NCBI GenBank assembly: GCA_964016885.1
Contig: OZ024740.1
Location: 437,968,001 to 438,032,000, forward strand
Direction of reading: 5' to 3'
Length of the DNA stretch: 64,000 bases
DNA from: Eledone cirrhosa
Taxonomy: Eukaryota
The notes under the pieces were generated by a model. The model worked only from the letters and a program-made list of their open reading frames with translations, ran no database searches and was not told where the DNA came from. Shown in pieces: positions 47,833 through 63,700 of this stretch. The translations under genes and the position numbers were made by a program. The stretch's first letter is position 1; every line of letters starts with the position of its first letter.

Positions 47833-48149
47833 AATATATTTTTCTATATATCTACACACACACACACACACATATATATAGATATATATATATCAATAAA
47901 GACGTATCCATGAAAGGCAAATCTTATCGGTTGGAAAACAAAATAAACTTTTGTATTTTATTTGATGAAAGTGCACCAAGCTTGTCTTGGTTGGCCTTGA
48001 AATATATATAATAAAATAAATATGGTTTTATAAATATAGTTTCCATTTATTTAATATCACGAAATATTTACTCCACTAAACTGTTGAGTGCTCTAAATCA
48101 GTTATAAACATTTGTTTGTCGGACTTGCAACAAATTAAATACAACTTCT

Positions 48150-48181
<32 letters not shown>

Positions 48182-48296
48182 TACGGAGTTGTGTTAAGGA
48201 ACCAGATGGACCATAATGCACCAGAGATAGCCGTCGAAACGGCTTGAGCTCTGCCGTCGGGGTCATACATCTTCCTATATATATATATATATATAT

Positions 48297-49465
48297 TTCA
48301 CATTGTTCTGATCAAAATAATAAATTTTGTTTTATTATTTGTTGCTATTGTTCGGTTGTTGTTGTTGTTGTTACACATACACATTCACGAACTTTGCTCA
48401 TCTTTTGGCGGCAAAAAATAGCGGCAAAACCACATACATACATACATAGATACATGTGTGTGTGTGTGCGTGAGTGAGTATGTGTGAGTTACTGTCACTT
48501 TCTTCTCCTTATAAATACAAGTCCCGTTTTTCATATTTTTCATTTCAGCCACTGATTTTGAAAGATGACTACACTGTATTCTCATGCGTCCTTTAAACGT
48601 GGGTATGCGTTAAGCCCTTTTTAGGGCTGCTCAGAGATACGCCGAAAACCAACCACAGCGTTCACTCCTGGGACTGAGAAGAAAAGTCCCACAGGTCAGT
48701 CAGATTTATATTTAATTTATTTAAAAAAAAAAAAAAATTTAATTTATATTTCTTTAAAAAAAAAGAATTCAATTTAACTTATTTCTTTAAAAAAAAAGTT
48801 CAATTTCATTTATTTCTTTAAAAAAAATTCAATTCAATTAATTTCTTTAAAAAAAAAAAGCTTTTATAGTTATGTTTTTGTATTTTAATCGGGGTAACAT
48901 TTTCGATTTAATTAATTTCATCATATTGTTGTATATACACACACACATATATATACAATTGTTATATATATATATATATATATATATAAGGTTGCAGTTA
49001 TTCGAATACCTTGGAGTATTCGTTTTTATTTCTATGCTCTCTGAAATCCTGCCAAGGTCAACTTTGCCTTTCTTCCTTCCGTTGGAAGTTGATAAAAAAA
49101 AGTACCAGTGAAATGCTGGGGTGAATTCTTCCTATCTATAGTTTTCTCGCAATTATCTTTTTCTGAATAAAAGTACCAGTCAAATACTGGGTTCCTCTCT
49201 TCTCTGCTTTTTCTCTGTCTATCTTTCTGGAAGAATTTTCTATTTTTAGAACTGGAGGAGTTGGTATTTGCTAGTGATTAAGGGAGAAAATGAAAGATAT
49301 ATATGTATATATATGTATAATATGTGTTGATGAGATTATGTAGGGGGGGGGGGGGTAAAAAAAATGTTTAAAGATTTATCTGGAAAAATCTGTTGAATTC
49401 ACATGGTTGGTATTGTCTCTGTTCTCGGTTTTCAAAAGACTTATAAAAGCTGAGTCAGTATTGTT
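48297..49465 (+). repeat. Segmental duplicate, copy 2 (see 12294-14133)
   Basis: Collinear anchors as listed for copy 1. Confidence 0.88.
48549..48694 (+). other. Putative 146-bp non-coding exon
   Basis: Acceptor tttttcatatttttcatttcAG and donor CAG|GTCAGT; stops in all three frames. Confidence 0.35.
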
Positions 49466-49699
49466 TATCCAATAAAGTAGCAGTAATACGTTATAGTTAG
49501 ATTAACGTTAATTTTGTTCACTTGTAATTTAGAGAATATAAAATATAAAATGCACCATTAGAATATATAACTTATTTTTATTCCAGATTCTCCTAGTCCC
49601 TGTTCAATTCCTTCTCTGCCACAAACCTCTCTCATTTTTTGATAGAATTTTTTAATTTATTTTTTTACGTTAGGTTAAACCAGCCAACCAATTTTTTAA

Positions 49700-49779
49700 A
49701 ATATGTATATATATATAGTAGCTTATGAAACGTGTGTATATATATATATATAAAATTTATATATATATATAATTTATAT

Positions 49780-49820
<41 letters not shown>

Positions 49821-49915
49821 TATATATATATACATATTTATATATATATTTATATTTATATACATATTTATATTTATATTTATATACATATTTATATATA
49901 TATTTTATATATTTT

Positions 49916-49948
<33 letters not shown>

Positions 49949-50188
49949 TTATATATTTATATATATATTTATATATATATATTTATTTATATATAGAAAA
50001 GATGAATATAAAATGAAAGTGCTTTTTTTAAAAAAGGAATTTATTAGGTATCGACATGCGTAATCATATAATGTTAGCAAGTATTCGATAGCAAATGTAT
50101 AATCAGTTGTCACTTCCGAGATTTTGGATAAATTGGAAAAAATCAGAAAAATTGAAGTATTTATATTAATTGTAATAGAGGAAGAGAA

Positions 50189-50251
<63 letters not shown>

Positions 50252-50264
50252 CATATATACATAT

Positions 50265-50355
<91 letters not shown>

Positions 50356-50386
50356 TACATATATACATATATATATATATACATAT

Positions 50387-50429
<43 letters not shown>

Positions 50430-50462
50430 TACATATATACATATATACATATATATATATAT
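49700..50462. repeat. AT-rich, (TA)n microsatellite-dominated tract
   Basis: Read directly from sequence. Confidence 0.9.
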
Positions 50463-50662
50463 NNNNNNNNNNNNNNNNNNNNNNNNNNNNNNNNNNNNNN
50501 NNNNNNNNNNNNNNNNNNNNNNNNNNNNNNNNNNNNNNNNNNNNNNNNNNNNNNNNNNNNNNNNNNNNNNNNNNNNNNNNNNNNNNNNNNNNNNNNNNNN
50601 NNNNNNNNNNNNNNNNNNNNNNNNNNNNNNNNNNNNNNNNNNNNNNNNNNNNNNNNNNNNNN
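50463..50662. other. Assembly gap (200 N)
   Basis: Run of n characters; true length and adjacency across the gap unknown. Confidence 1.
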
Positions 50663-50832
50663 GAAAGTGAAAAATGAAAGTCACACACTGTACACTTTGC
50701 TACAGTCTCGGACACACCATCTTAGTCCCGTGTTTCACACCTTCAAATCTTGGCATCAAACTTGTTTGATGATGCAGGCTTTTAATAGAAATATTTAGCA
50801 TTGTAGGAAGAAGGGAGAAGAGCGAAGAAGAC

Positions 50833-50865
<33 letters not shown>

Positions 50866-51144
50866 GATAAGGAAACAAAAATAAGAGTAGAACACCTTGT
50901 GAACAAATATTGGTAAAGCAGGAATGGAATTAACATAATGGGGGGGGGGGGGAAGTAGATGATCATTTTAAAGGAATAAACAAATATATAAATACAGAAG
51001 AGTAAAACAAAACATAATAAATAGATAAATAAATAAAAAACTGGTTTATTGAGGCCCCTTGAGACATCCCTTGTTTATACACAGTTGAAAATATCTGTAG
51101 AAGTCTTAGGTGTTAAGACGTAGTCATGACACCAATACACTGGA

Positions 51145-51836
51145 TACACACATACATATATGCACATATATATATACATGTATACACACTTATATATATA
51201 TACATGTATACACATATATATATATACATGTATACACACATATATATACATGTATACACATATATATATATATACATGTATACACACATATATATATATA
51301 CATGTATACACATATATATATATACATGTATACACACATATATATATACATGTATACACATATATATATAAATGTATACACACTTATATATATACATGTA
51401 TACACATATATATATATATGTATACACACATATATATATATACATGTATACACATATATATATACATGTATACACATATATATATACATATATACACATA
51501 TATATACATGTATACATACATACATGTATACACACATATATATACATGTATACACAATTATATACATATATACACACTTATATATACATGTATACACATA
51601 TATATATACATGTATACAGACATATATATACATGCATACACATATACATATACATGTATACACACTTATATATATAAATGTATACACACATATATACATG
51701 TATACACATATATATATATATATATACATGTATACACACTTATATATATAAATGTATACACATATATATGCATGTATACACACTTATATATATATATACA
51801 TGTATACACATATATATATACATGTATACACACTTA
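51145..51836. repeat. Minisatellite of ~20-26 bp units (TA)n-catgtatacaca(ca)
   Basis: Read directly; tacatgta recurs throughout. Confidence 0.95.
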
Positions 51837-51934
51837 CGTATAATTACATATATACACACTTACATGCATTTACACAATGCTAGTTCATTCTTTCACTTTC
51901 TACGTTTTCTCTCACTCACCATCCCACTATTTCT

Positions 51935-54900
51935 CACTCTCTCTCTCTCTATCTCTCACACACACTCTCTCTGACACACTCTCACACACTCTCTCCCTCA
52001 CACACACTCTCTCTCTCTCTCAAACACACACACTCTCTCACTCACACACACAATCTCTCTCTCTCACACACACTCTCTCCCTCACATACACACTCTTTCT
52101 CTCACACACACTCTCTCTCTCACACACACACTCTCTCACACACACACTTTCTCTCACACAAACCCTCTCTCTCACACACTCTCTGACACACACTATCTCT
52201 CACACACACACTATCTCTCACACACACACTATCTCTCACACACACACTCTCTCACAAACACACTCTCTCACACACACTCTCTCTCTCACACACATTCTCT
52301 CTCTCACACACACTCTCTCTCTCACTCACATAATCTCTCTCACACACTCTCTCTCTCTCTCACACACGCACTCTCTCAAACATTCTCTCTCTCACACACA
52401 TTCTCTCTCTCACAAACACACTCTCTCACACACACTCTCTCACACACATTCTCTCTCTCACAAACACACTCTCTCCCACACACTCTCTCTCTCACACACA
52501 TTCTCTCTCACAAACACACTCTCTCACACACACTGTCTCTCTCACACACACTCTCTCTCTCACACGCTCTCTCTCTCTCTCACACACACTCTCTCTCACA
52601 CACACACTCTCTCTCTCACACTCTCTCTCTCTCACACACACTCTCTCACCCCAAACACTCTGTCTCAAACACTCTCTCTGTCACACACATTCTCTCTCAC
52701 ACACACTCTCACACACTCTCTCACACACACTCTCTCTCTCACACACACTCTCTCTCTCACAAACACTCTCTCTCTCACACACACACTCTCTCACACACAC
52801 TCTCTCTCTCACACACACACTCTCTCTCACACACACTCTCTCTCACACACACTCTCTCTCAAACACTCTCTCTCTCACACACATTCTCTCTCTCACAAAC
52901 ACACACTCTCACACACACTCTCTCTCTCACACGCTCTCTCTCTCTCACACACACTCTCTCTCTCTCTCTCTCACACTCTCTCTCTCTCTCTCACATAACT
53001 CTCTCATACACACACCTCCTCTCTCACACACTCTCTCACACACTCTCTCTCTCACTCAAACACTCTGTCACCCCCATTTCTCTCTCTCACACACTCTCTC
53101 TCAAACACTCTCTCTCACACACACACTCTCTCACACACACACACTCTCTCTATCACACACACTCTCTCACTCTAACACACACTCTCTCACAATCCCTATC
53201 CCTCTCACACACACACTCTCTCACACTCTCTCTCTCACATACACTCTCTCTCACACCCACATACTCTCTCTCTCTCTCACACACACACTCTCTCACACTC
53301 TCTCTCACACACACTCTCTCTATCACACACACTCTCTCACTCTAACACACACTCTCTCACAATCCCTATCCCTCTCACACACACACTCTCTCACACTCTC
53401 TCTCTCACATACACTCTCTCTCACACCCACATACTCTCTCTCTCTCTCACACATACACTCTCTCACACTCTCTCTCACACACACTCTCTCTCTCACACAC
53501 ACACTCTCACTCTCACACACACACTCTCTCTCTCACACACACTCTCTCTCACACACAAAAACTCTCTCTCTCTCACACACTCTCTCTCACACACACACAC
53601 TCTCTCACACACTTTCTCTCTCACACTCACTCTCTCTCACACACACACACTCTCTCTCTCTCACACACACACACTCTCTCTCACACAAACACTCTCTCAC
53701 ACACACATACTCTCTGTCTCACACACACTCTCTCTTTCACACACACACACACTCTCTCTCTCACACACACTCTCTCTCTCTCACAAACACTCTCTCTATC
53801 ACACACACTCTCTCACACACTCCCTCTCTCTCTCACACACACACTCTCTCACTCTGTCACACACATACTCTTCTCTCTCTCACACACACTCTCTCTCTCA
53901 CACACACACACTCTGTCTCTCACTCTCTCTGTCACACACTTTCTCTCTCTCTCACACACACACTCTCTATCACACACACATTCTCTCTCTCTCTCACACA
54001 CTCTCTCACACACACACTCTCTCTCACACACACTCTCTCTCACACACTCTCTCTCTCTCTCTCTCTCTCTCACTCACACATTCTCTCTCTATTACACACA
54101 CTCTCTCTCTCACACACTCTGTCACTCACACTCTCTATCACACACACATTCTCTCTCTCTCTCACACACTCTCTCACACACACACTCTGCCTCACATACT
54201 CTCTCTCTCACACACACTTTCTCTCTCACACCCTCTCTATCACACACACACTCTGTCACACACGCTCTCTCTCTCACACTCACTCTCTGTCACACAAACA
54301 GTCTCTCACACACACACACTCTCTCTCACACTCTCTCTCTCTCTCACACTCTCTCTCTCACACACACTCTCTCTCACACACACACTCTCTCTCTCATTCT
54401 CTATCTCACACACACATTCTCTCTCGCACACACACATTCTCTCTCTGACACACTTTCTCTCTCACACACTCTCTCTCACACACACTCACACTCTCTCTCA
54501 CACACTCTCTCTCTCACACACACGCTCTCTCTCACACATACTCTCTCACCCACACACTCTCTCTAACACACACTCTCTCTCTCACACACACTCTCTCTCT
54601 CACACACACACTCTCTCTCACACTGTCTCTCTATCTCTCACTCACTCTCTATCTCACACACACTCTCTCTCACACACACACTCTCTCTCTCATTCTCTAT
54701 CTCACACACACACACTCTCTCTCTCACACACTCTCTCTCTCTCACACACACTCTCTCACCCAAACACTCTCTCTGTCACACACATTCTCTTTCTCACACA
54801 CACACTCTCACACACTCTCTCTCTCCCACACACACACTCTCTCACACACACTCTCTCTCTCACACACACTCTCTCTCTCTCACAAACACACTCTCTCTCA

Positions 54901-57681
54901 CACACTCTCTGACACACACTCTCTCTCACACAAACTCTCTCTCACACACACTCTCTGACACACACTCTCTCTCTCACACACACACTCTCTCTCACACAAA
55001 CTCTCTCTCTCACACACACTCTCTCTCACAGACACTCTCTTTCTCACACACTGTGTCTTACACACACACTCTCTCACACACTCTCTCTCACACACACTCA
55101 CTCTCTCTCATACAATCTCTCTCACATGCACTCTCTCTCTGTCACATAACTCTCCCACACACACACTCTCTCACATACACACTCTCTCTCTCACACACTC
55201 TCTCTCTCACACACACTCTCTCTCAAACACTCTCTCTCTCACACACATTCTCTCTCTCACAAACACACACTCTCACACACACTCTCTCTCTCTCACACAC
55301 TCTCTCTCACATAACTCTCTCGTGCACACACTCTCTCTCACACACTCTCTCTCTCTCACATAACTCTCTCATGCACACACTCTCTCTCTCACACACACTG
55401 TCTCTCACACACACACTCTCTCTCTCACACACTCTCTCCCACACACACCCTCTCTCACACACACACTGTCTCTCTCTCACACACTCTCTCTCACACACAC
55501 TCTCTCTCTCTCACAATCTCTCTCTCTCTCACATAACTCTCTCATGCACACACTCTCTCTCTCACACACATACTCTCTCACACACTCTCTCTCACACACA
55601 CTCTCTCTCTCACACACTCTATCTCTCTCACATAACTCTCTCATGCTCACACTCTCTCTCTCTCACACACTCTCTCACACACTCTCTCTCTCACTCACCC
55701 ACTCTCTCACCCACATTCTCTCTCTCTCACACACACTCTCTCACACACACTCTCTCTCTCACACACACACTCTCTGTCACACACACACTCTCTATCTCAC
55801 ACAAACACTCTCTGTCACACACACTCTCTCAATCTCACACACTCTCTCTCACACACACTCTCTCTCTCACACACACACTCTCTGTCACACACACACTCTC
55901 TCTCTCACACACACACTCTCTGTCACACACACTCTCTCAATCTCACACACTCTCTCTGACACACACTCTCTCTCTCACACACACACTCTCTGTCACACAC
56001 ACACTCTATCTCACACACACACTCTCTGTCACACACACTCTCTCAATCTCACACACTCTCTCTCACACACACTCTCTCTCTCACACACACACTCTCTGTC
56101 ACACACACACTCTCGCTCTCTCACACTCTCTCTCTCACACACACTCTCTGTCTCACACACTCTCTCTCTCTCTCACATAACTCTCTCATGCACACACTCT
56201 CTCTCTCACACACACCCTCCCTCACACACACACTCTCTCTCTCACCCACACTCTCTCTCTCTCTCACACACACTCTGTTTCTCTCACACACTCTCTCTCA
56301 CACACACACTCTCACACACACACACACTCTCTCACACACACACTCTCACTCTCACACACTCTCTCTCACACACACTCTCTCTCTCACACACACACTCTCA
56401 CTCTCACACACTCTCTCTCACACACACACTCTCTCTCTCACACACACTTTCTCTCTCACACACTCACTCTCACACACACTCACACTCTCTCACACACACT
56501 CTCTCACACACACTATCTCACCCACACACTCTCTCTAACACACAAACTCTCTCTCTCGCACACACTCTCTTTCTCACACACTCTCTCTCACACACACACT
56601 CTCTCTCCTCACACACACTCTCTCACACACACACTCTCTCCTCACACACACTCTCTGTCTCACACACTCTCTCTCTCACACTCTCTCTCTCACACACACA
56701 TTCTGTCTCTCACTCTCTCTGTCACACACTTTCTCTCTCTCTCACACACACTCTCTATCACACACACATTCTCTCTCTCTCTCACATACTCTCTCACACA
56801 CACACTCTCTCTCACACACACTCTCTCTAACACACTCTCTCTCTCTCTCTCTCTCTCACTCACACATTCTCTCTCTATTACACACACTCTCTCTCTCACA
56901 TACTCTCTCTCTCACACACACTCTATCTCATACACACACTGGCTCCCTCACAAACACACTCTCTCTCTCACACACACTTTCTCTCACACACACTCTCTAT
57001 CACAGACACACTCTGTCACACACGCTCTCTCTCTTACACTCACTTTCTGTCACACAAACACTCTCTCTCACACACACACACTCTCTCTCACAATCTCTCT
57101 CTCACACACTCTCTCTCTCACACACACTCTCTCTCACACACACACTCTCTCTCTCATTCTCTATCTCACACACACACTCTCTCTCTCACATACTCTCACT
57201 CTCTCACACACTCTCTCTCACACACACACTCTCTCTCTCAGACACACATTCTCTCTCACACACTCTCTCTCTCTCACACACACTCTCTCACCCACACACT
57301 CTCTCTAACACACACTCTCTCTCTCACACACACTCTCTCTCTCTCACACACTCTCTCTCACACACACACTCTCTCCTCACACACACTCTCTGTCTCACAC
57401 ACACTCTCTTTCTCACACACTCTCTCTCTCTCACACACACTCTGTCTCTCACTCTCTCTGTCACACACTCTCTCTCTCTCTCACACACACTCACACTCTC
57501 TCTCACACACTCTCTCTCTCACACACACTCTCTCTGTCTCACACACACTCTCTCTCACACACACTCTCTCTCTCATTCTCTCTGTCACACACTCTCTCTC
57601 TCCCTCACACACACTCTCTATCTCACACACATTCTCTCTCTCTCTCACAAACTCTATCACACACACACTCTCTCTCACGCA

Positions 57682-57721
<40 letters not shown>

Positions 57722-60700
57722 TTGTCTCTCTCTCCACACACTCTCTCACACACACACTCTCTCTCAAACACTCTCTCTCTCTCATTCTCTCTCACACACA
57801 CACACTCTCTCTCTCACACACACTCTCTCTAACACACACACTGTCTCCCTCACACACACACTCTCTCACACACACACTCTCTCTCTCTCTCACTCCTTCT
57901 CTCTGACACACTCTCTCTCATTCACACACTCTCTCTCTCATTCTCTCTCTCACACCCACACACTCTATCTGACAAACTCTGTCACTCACCCACACTCTCT
58001 CTCTCTCTCACACACACTCTCTCTCTCATTCTCTCTGTCACACACTCTCTCTCTCCCTCACACACACTCTCTATCTCACACACATTCTCTCTCTCTCACA
58101 AACTCTATCACACACACACTCTCTCACACACACACTCTCTCTCAAACACTCTCTCTCTCTCATTCTCTCTCACACACACACACTCTCTCTCTCACACACA
58201 CTCTCTCTAACACACACACTGTCTCCCTCACACACACACTTTCTCACACACACACTCTCTCTCTCTCTCACTCCTTCTCTCTGACACACTCTCTCTCATT
58301 CACACACTCTCTCTCTCATTCTCTCTCTCACACCCACACACTACATCTGACAAACTCTGTCACTCGCCCACACTCTCTCTCTCTCTCACACATACTCTCT
58401 CACACACATACTCTCTCTCACACACACACACTCTCTCACACACTCTCTCTCACACACACATACACTCTCTAACACACACTCTCTCTCACACACACTCTCT
58501 CTCTCTCTCACTCCTTCTCTCTGACACACTCTCTCTCATTCACACACGCTCTCTCTCACTCTCTCTCTCACACCCACACACTCTATCTGACACACTCTGT
58601 CACTCACCCACACACTCTCTCTAACACACAAACTCTCTCTCTCACACACACTCTCTGTCTCACACATTCTCTCTCTCACACTCTCTCTCACACACTTTCT
58701 CACTCTCTCACATACACTCTCTATCACACACACATTCTCTCTCTCTCACACACTCTCTCACACAAACACTCTGTCTCACATACTCTCTCTCTCACACACA
58801 CTTTCTCTCTCACACACTCTCTATCACACACACACTCTGTCACACACGCTCTCTCTCTCACACTCACTCTCTGTCACACAAACAGTCTCTCACACACACA
58901 CACTCTCTCTCACACTCTCTCTCTCTCTCTCTCACACTCTCTCTCTCACACACACTCTCTCTCACACACACACTCTCTCTCTCATTCTCTATCTCACACA
59001 CACATTCTCTCTCGCACACACACATTCTCTCTCAGACACACTTTCTCTCTCACACACTCTCTCTCACACACACTCACACTCTCTCTCACACACTCTCTCT
59101 CTCACACACACGCTCTCTCTCTCACACACACTCTCTCACCTACACACTCTCTCTAACACACACTCTCTCTCTCACACACACTCTCTCTCTCACACACACA
59201 CTCTCTCTCACACTGTCTCTCTATCTCTCACTCACTCTCTATCTCACACACACTCTCTCTCACACACACACTCTCTCTCTCATTCTCTATCTCACACACA
59301 CACACTCTCTCTCTCACACACTCTCTCTCTCACACACACTCTCTCACCCAAACACTCTTTCTGTCACACACATTCTCTTTCTCACACACACACTCTCACA
59401 CACCCTCTCTCTCCCACACACACACTCTCTCACACACACTATCTCTCTCACACACACTCTCTCTCTCTCACAAACACACTCTCTCTCACGCACTCTCTGA
59501 CACACACTATCTCTCACACACACACTCTCTCACCCACACACTCTCTCTCACACAAACTCTCTCTCTCATACACACTCTCTCTCACAGACACTCTCTCTCT
59601 CACACACTGTGTCTTACACACACACACTCTCACACACTCTCTCTCACACACACTCACTCTCTCTCATACACTCTCTCTCACACACACTCTCTCTCTGTCA
59701 CATAACTCTCCCACACACACACTCTCTCACATACACACTGTCTCTCTCACACACTCTCTCTCACACATACTCTCTCTCTCTCACACACTCTCTCTCTCTC
59801 AAATAACTCTCTCATGCACACACTCTCTCTCTCACACACTCTCTCCCACACACACCCTCTCTCACACACTCTCTCTCACACACACTCTCTCTCTCTCACA
59901 ATCTCTCTCTCTCTCACATAACTCTCTCATGCACACACTCTCTCTCTCACACACATACTCTCTCTCTCACACACTCTCTCTCACACACACTCTCTCTCTC
60001 ACACACTCTATCTCTCTCACATAACTCTCTCATGCTCACATTCTCTCTCTCTCACACACTCTCTCACACACTCTCTCTCTCACTCACCCACTCTCTCACC
60101 CACATTCTCTCTCTCACACACACTCTCTCACACACACACTCTTTCTCACACACACACTCTCTCTCTCTCTCACACTCTCTCTCTCACACACAAACACTCT
60201 CTCTCTATCACACACTCTCTCTCACACACACACTCTCTCACACACACACTCTCTCTATCACACACACTCTCTCACTCTCACACACTCTCTCTCACACAAC
60301 TCTCTCTCTCTCTCACACACTCTCTCTCACATAACTCTCTGTCATACACACACTCTCGCTCTCTCACAAACTCTCTCTCACACACACTCTCTCTCTCACA
60401 CACACACTCTCTGTCACACACACACTCTCTCTCTCACACACTCTCTCTCACACCCACTCTCTCTCACACACTCTCTCTCTCTCACATAACTCTCCCATGC
60501 TCACACTCTCTCTCTCTCACACACTCTCTCACACACTCTCTCTCTCATTCACCCACTCTCTCACCCACATTCTCTCTCTCTCACACACACTCTCTCACAC
60601 ACACACTCTTTCTCACACACACACTCTCTCTCTCACACTCTCTCTCTCACACACAAACACTGTCTCTCTCTCACACACTCTCTTTCACACACACACACTC

Positions 60701-63700
60701 TCTCACACACACACTCTCTCTATCACACACACTCTCTCACTCTCACACACTCTCTCACACACACACTCTCGCTCTCTCACACACTCTCTCACACACACTC
60801 TCTCTCTCTCAGACACACACTCTCTCACACTCTCACTCTCACACACTCTCTCTCACACACACTCTCTCTCTCACACACACACTCTCACTCTCACACACTC
60901 TCTCTCACACATACACTCTCTCTCTCACACACTCACTCTCACACACACTGACACTCTCTCACACACACTCTCTCTCTCACACACACTATCTCACCCACAC
61001 ACTCTCTGTCTCACACACTCTCTCTCTCACACACACACACTCTGTCTCTCACTCTCTCTGTCACACATTTTCTCTCTCTCTCACACACACTCTCTATCAC
61101 ACACACATTCTCTCTCTCTCTCACACACTCTCTCACACACACACTCTCTCTCACACACACTCTCTCTCACATACTCCCTCTCTCACACACACTCTCTCTC
61201 ACACACACGCTGGCTCCCTCACAAACACACTCTCTCTCTCACACACACACTTTCTCTCTCACACACTCTCTATCACACACACTCTGTCACACACGCTCTC
61301 TCTCTCACACTCACTTTCTGTCACACAAACACTCTCTCTCATTCTCTATCTCACACACACACTCTCTCTCTCACATACTCTCACTCTCTCACACACTATC
61401 TCTCACACACACACTCTCTCTCAGACACACTTTCTCTCTAACACACTCTCTCTCTCACACACACTCACACTCTCTCTCACACACTCTCTCTCTCACACAC
61501 TCTCTCTCTCTCACACACACTCTCTCACCCACACACTCTCTCTAACACACACTCTCTCTCTCTCACATACTCTCTCTCTCACACACACTTTCTCTCTCAC
61601 ACACTCTCTATCACACACACACTCTGCCAGACACGCTCTCTCTCTCACACTCACTCTCTGTCACACAAACACTCTCTCACACACACACACTCTCTCTCAC
61701 ACTCTCTCTCTCACACACTCTCTCTCTCACACACACTCTCTCTCTCACACACTCTCTCTCTCACACACACTCTCTCTCTCTCACATAACTCTCTCATGCA
61801 CACACTCTTTCTCTCACACACTCTCTCACACAGTCTCTCTCTCACTCAAACACTCTCTCACCCCCATTCTCTCTCTCTCACGCACTCTCTCTCTCACACA
61901 CAAACACTCTCTCTCTCACACACTCTCTCACACACACACGCTCTCTCTGTCACACACACACTCTCTCACTCTCACACACTCTCTCTCACACACACACTCT
62001 CTCACACACACACACTCTCTCTATCACACACACTCTCTCACTCTCACACACTCTCTCTCACACACACACTCTCTCACACACACACACACTCTCTCTCTCT
62101 CACACACTCTCTCACACACACACACTCTCTCACTCTCACACATTCTCTCTCTCACACACACTCTCTCTCTCACACACACCGTCTCTCACACACACTCTCT
62201 CTCTCACACACTCTCTCCCACACACACCCTCTCTCACACACACACTCTCTCTCTCTCTCACAATCTCTCTCCCTCTCACATAACTCTCTCATGCACACAC
62301 TCTCTCTCTCACACACATACTCTCTCTCTCACACACTCTCTCTCACACACACTCTCTCTCTCACACACTCTATCTCTCTCACATAACTCTCTCATGCTCA
62401 CATTCTCTCTCCCTCACACACTCTCTCACACACTCTCTCTCTCACTCACCCACTCTCTCACCCACATTCTCTCTCTCTCACACACACTCTCTCACACACA
62501 CACTCTTTCTCACACACACACTCTCTCTCTCTCTCACACTCTCTCTCTCACACACAAACACTCTCTCTCTATCACACACTCTCTCTCACACACACACTCT
62601 CTCACACACACACTCTCTCTATCACACACACTCTCTCACTCTCACACACTCTCTCTCACACACACTCTCTCTCTCTCTCACACACTCTCTATCACATAAC
62701 TCTCTGTCATACACACACTCTCGCTCTCTCACACACTCTCTCTCACACACACTCTCTCTCTCACACACACACTCACTGTCACACACACACTCTCTCTCTC
62801 ACACACTCTCTCTCACACCCACTCTCTCTCACACACTCTCTCTCTCTCACATAACTCTCTCATGCTCACACTCTCTCTCTCTCACACACTCTCTCACACA
62901 CTCTCTCTCTCATTCACCCACTCTCTCACCCACATTCTCTCTCTCTCACACACACTCTCTCACACACACACTCTTTCTCACACACACACTCTCTCTCACA
63001 CACTCTCTCTCTCACACACAAACACTGTCTCTCTCTCACACACTCTCTTTCACACACACACTCTCTCACACACACACTCTCTCTATCACACACACTCTCT
63101 CACTCTCACACACTCTCTCACACACACACTCTCGCTCTCTCACACACTCTCTCAGACACACTCTCTCTCTCTCAGACACACACTCTCTCACACTCTCACT
63201 CTCACACACTCTCTCTCACACACATTCTCTCTCTCACACACACACTCTCACTCTCAAACACTCTCTCTCACACACACACTCTCTCTCTCACACACTCACT
63301 CTCACACACACTGACACTCTCTCACACACACTCTCTCTCTCACACACACTATCTCACCCACACACTCTCTGTCTCACACACTCTCTCTCTCACACACACA
63401 CACTCTGTCTCTCACTCTCTCTGTCACACATTTTCTCTCTCTCTCACACACACTCTCTATCACACACACATTCTCTCTCTCTCTCACTCACTCTCTCACA
63501 CACACACTCTCTCTCACACACACTCTCTCTCACATACTCCCTCTCTCACACACACTCTCTCTCACACACACGCTGGCTCCCTCACAAACACACTCTCTCT
63601 CTCACACACACACTTTCTCTCTCACACACTCTCTATCACACACACTCTGTCACACACGCTCTCTCTCTCACACTCACTTTCTGTCACACAAACACTCTCT

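Noticed and set aside
48220-48245. agccgtcgaaacggct hairpin as a hammerhead ribozyme or terminator
   Set aside because: No CUGANGA core and no U tract; an isolated 6-bp stem is expected by chance.
50124-50798. ORFs spanning 50.1-50.8 kb
   Set aside because: Artefacts of (TA)n plus the N gap.
51877-63314. Long His/Thr/Leu/Ser-rich ORFs (up to 428 aa)
   Set aside because: They are translations of CT/CA repeats, which rarely contain stop codons; no coding signal.
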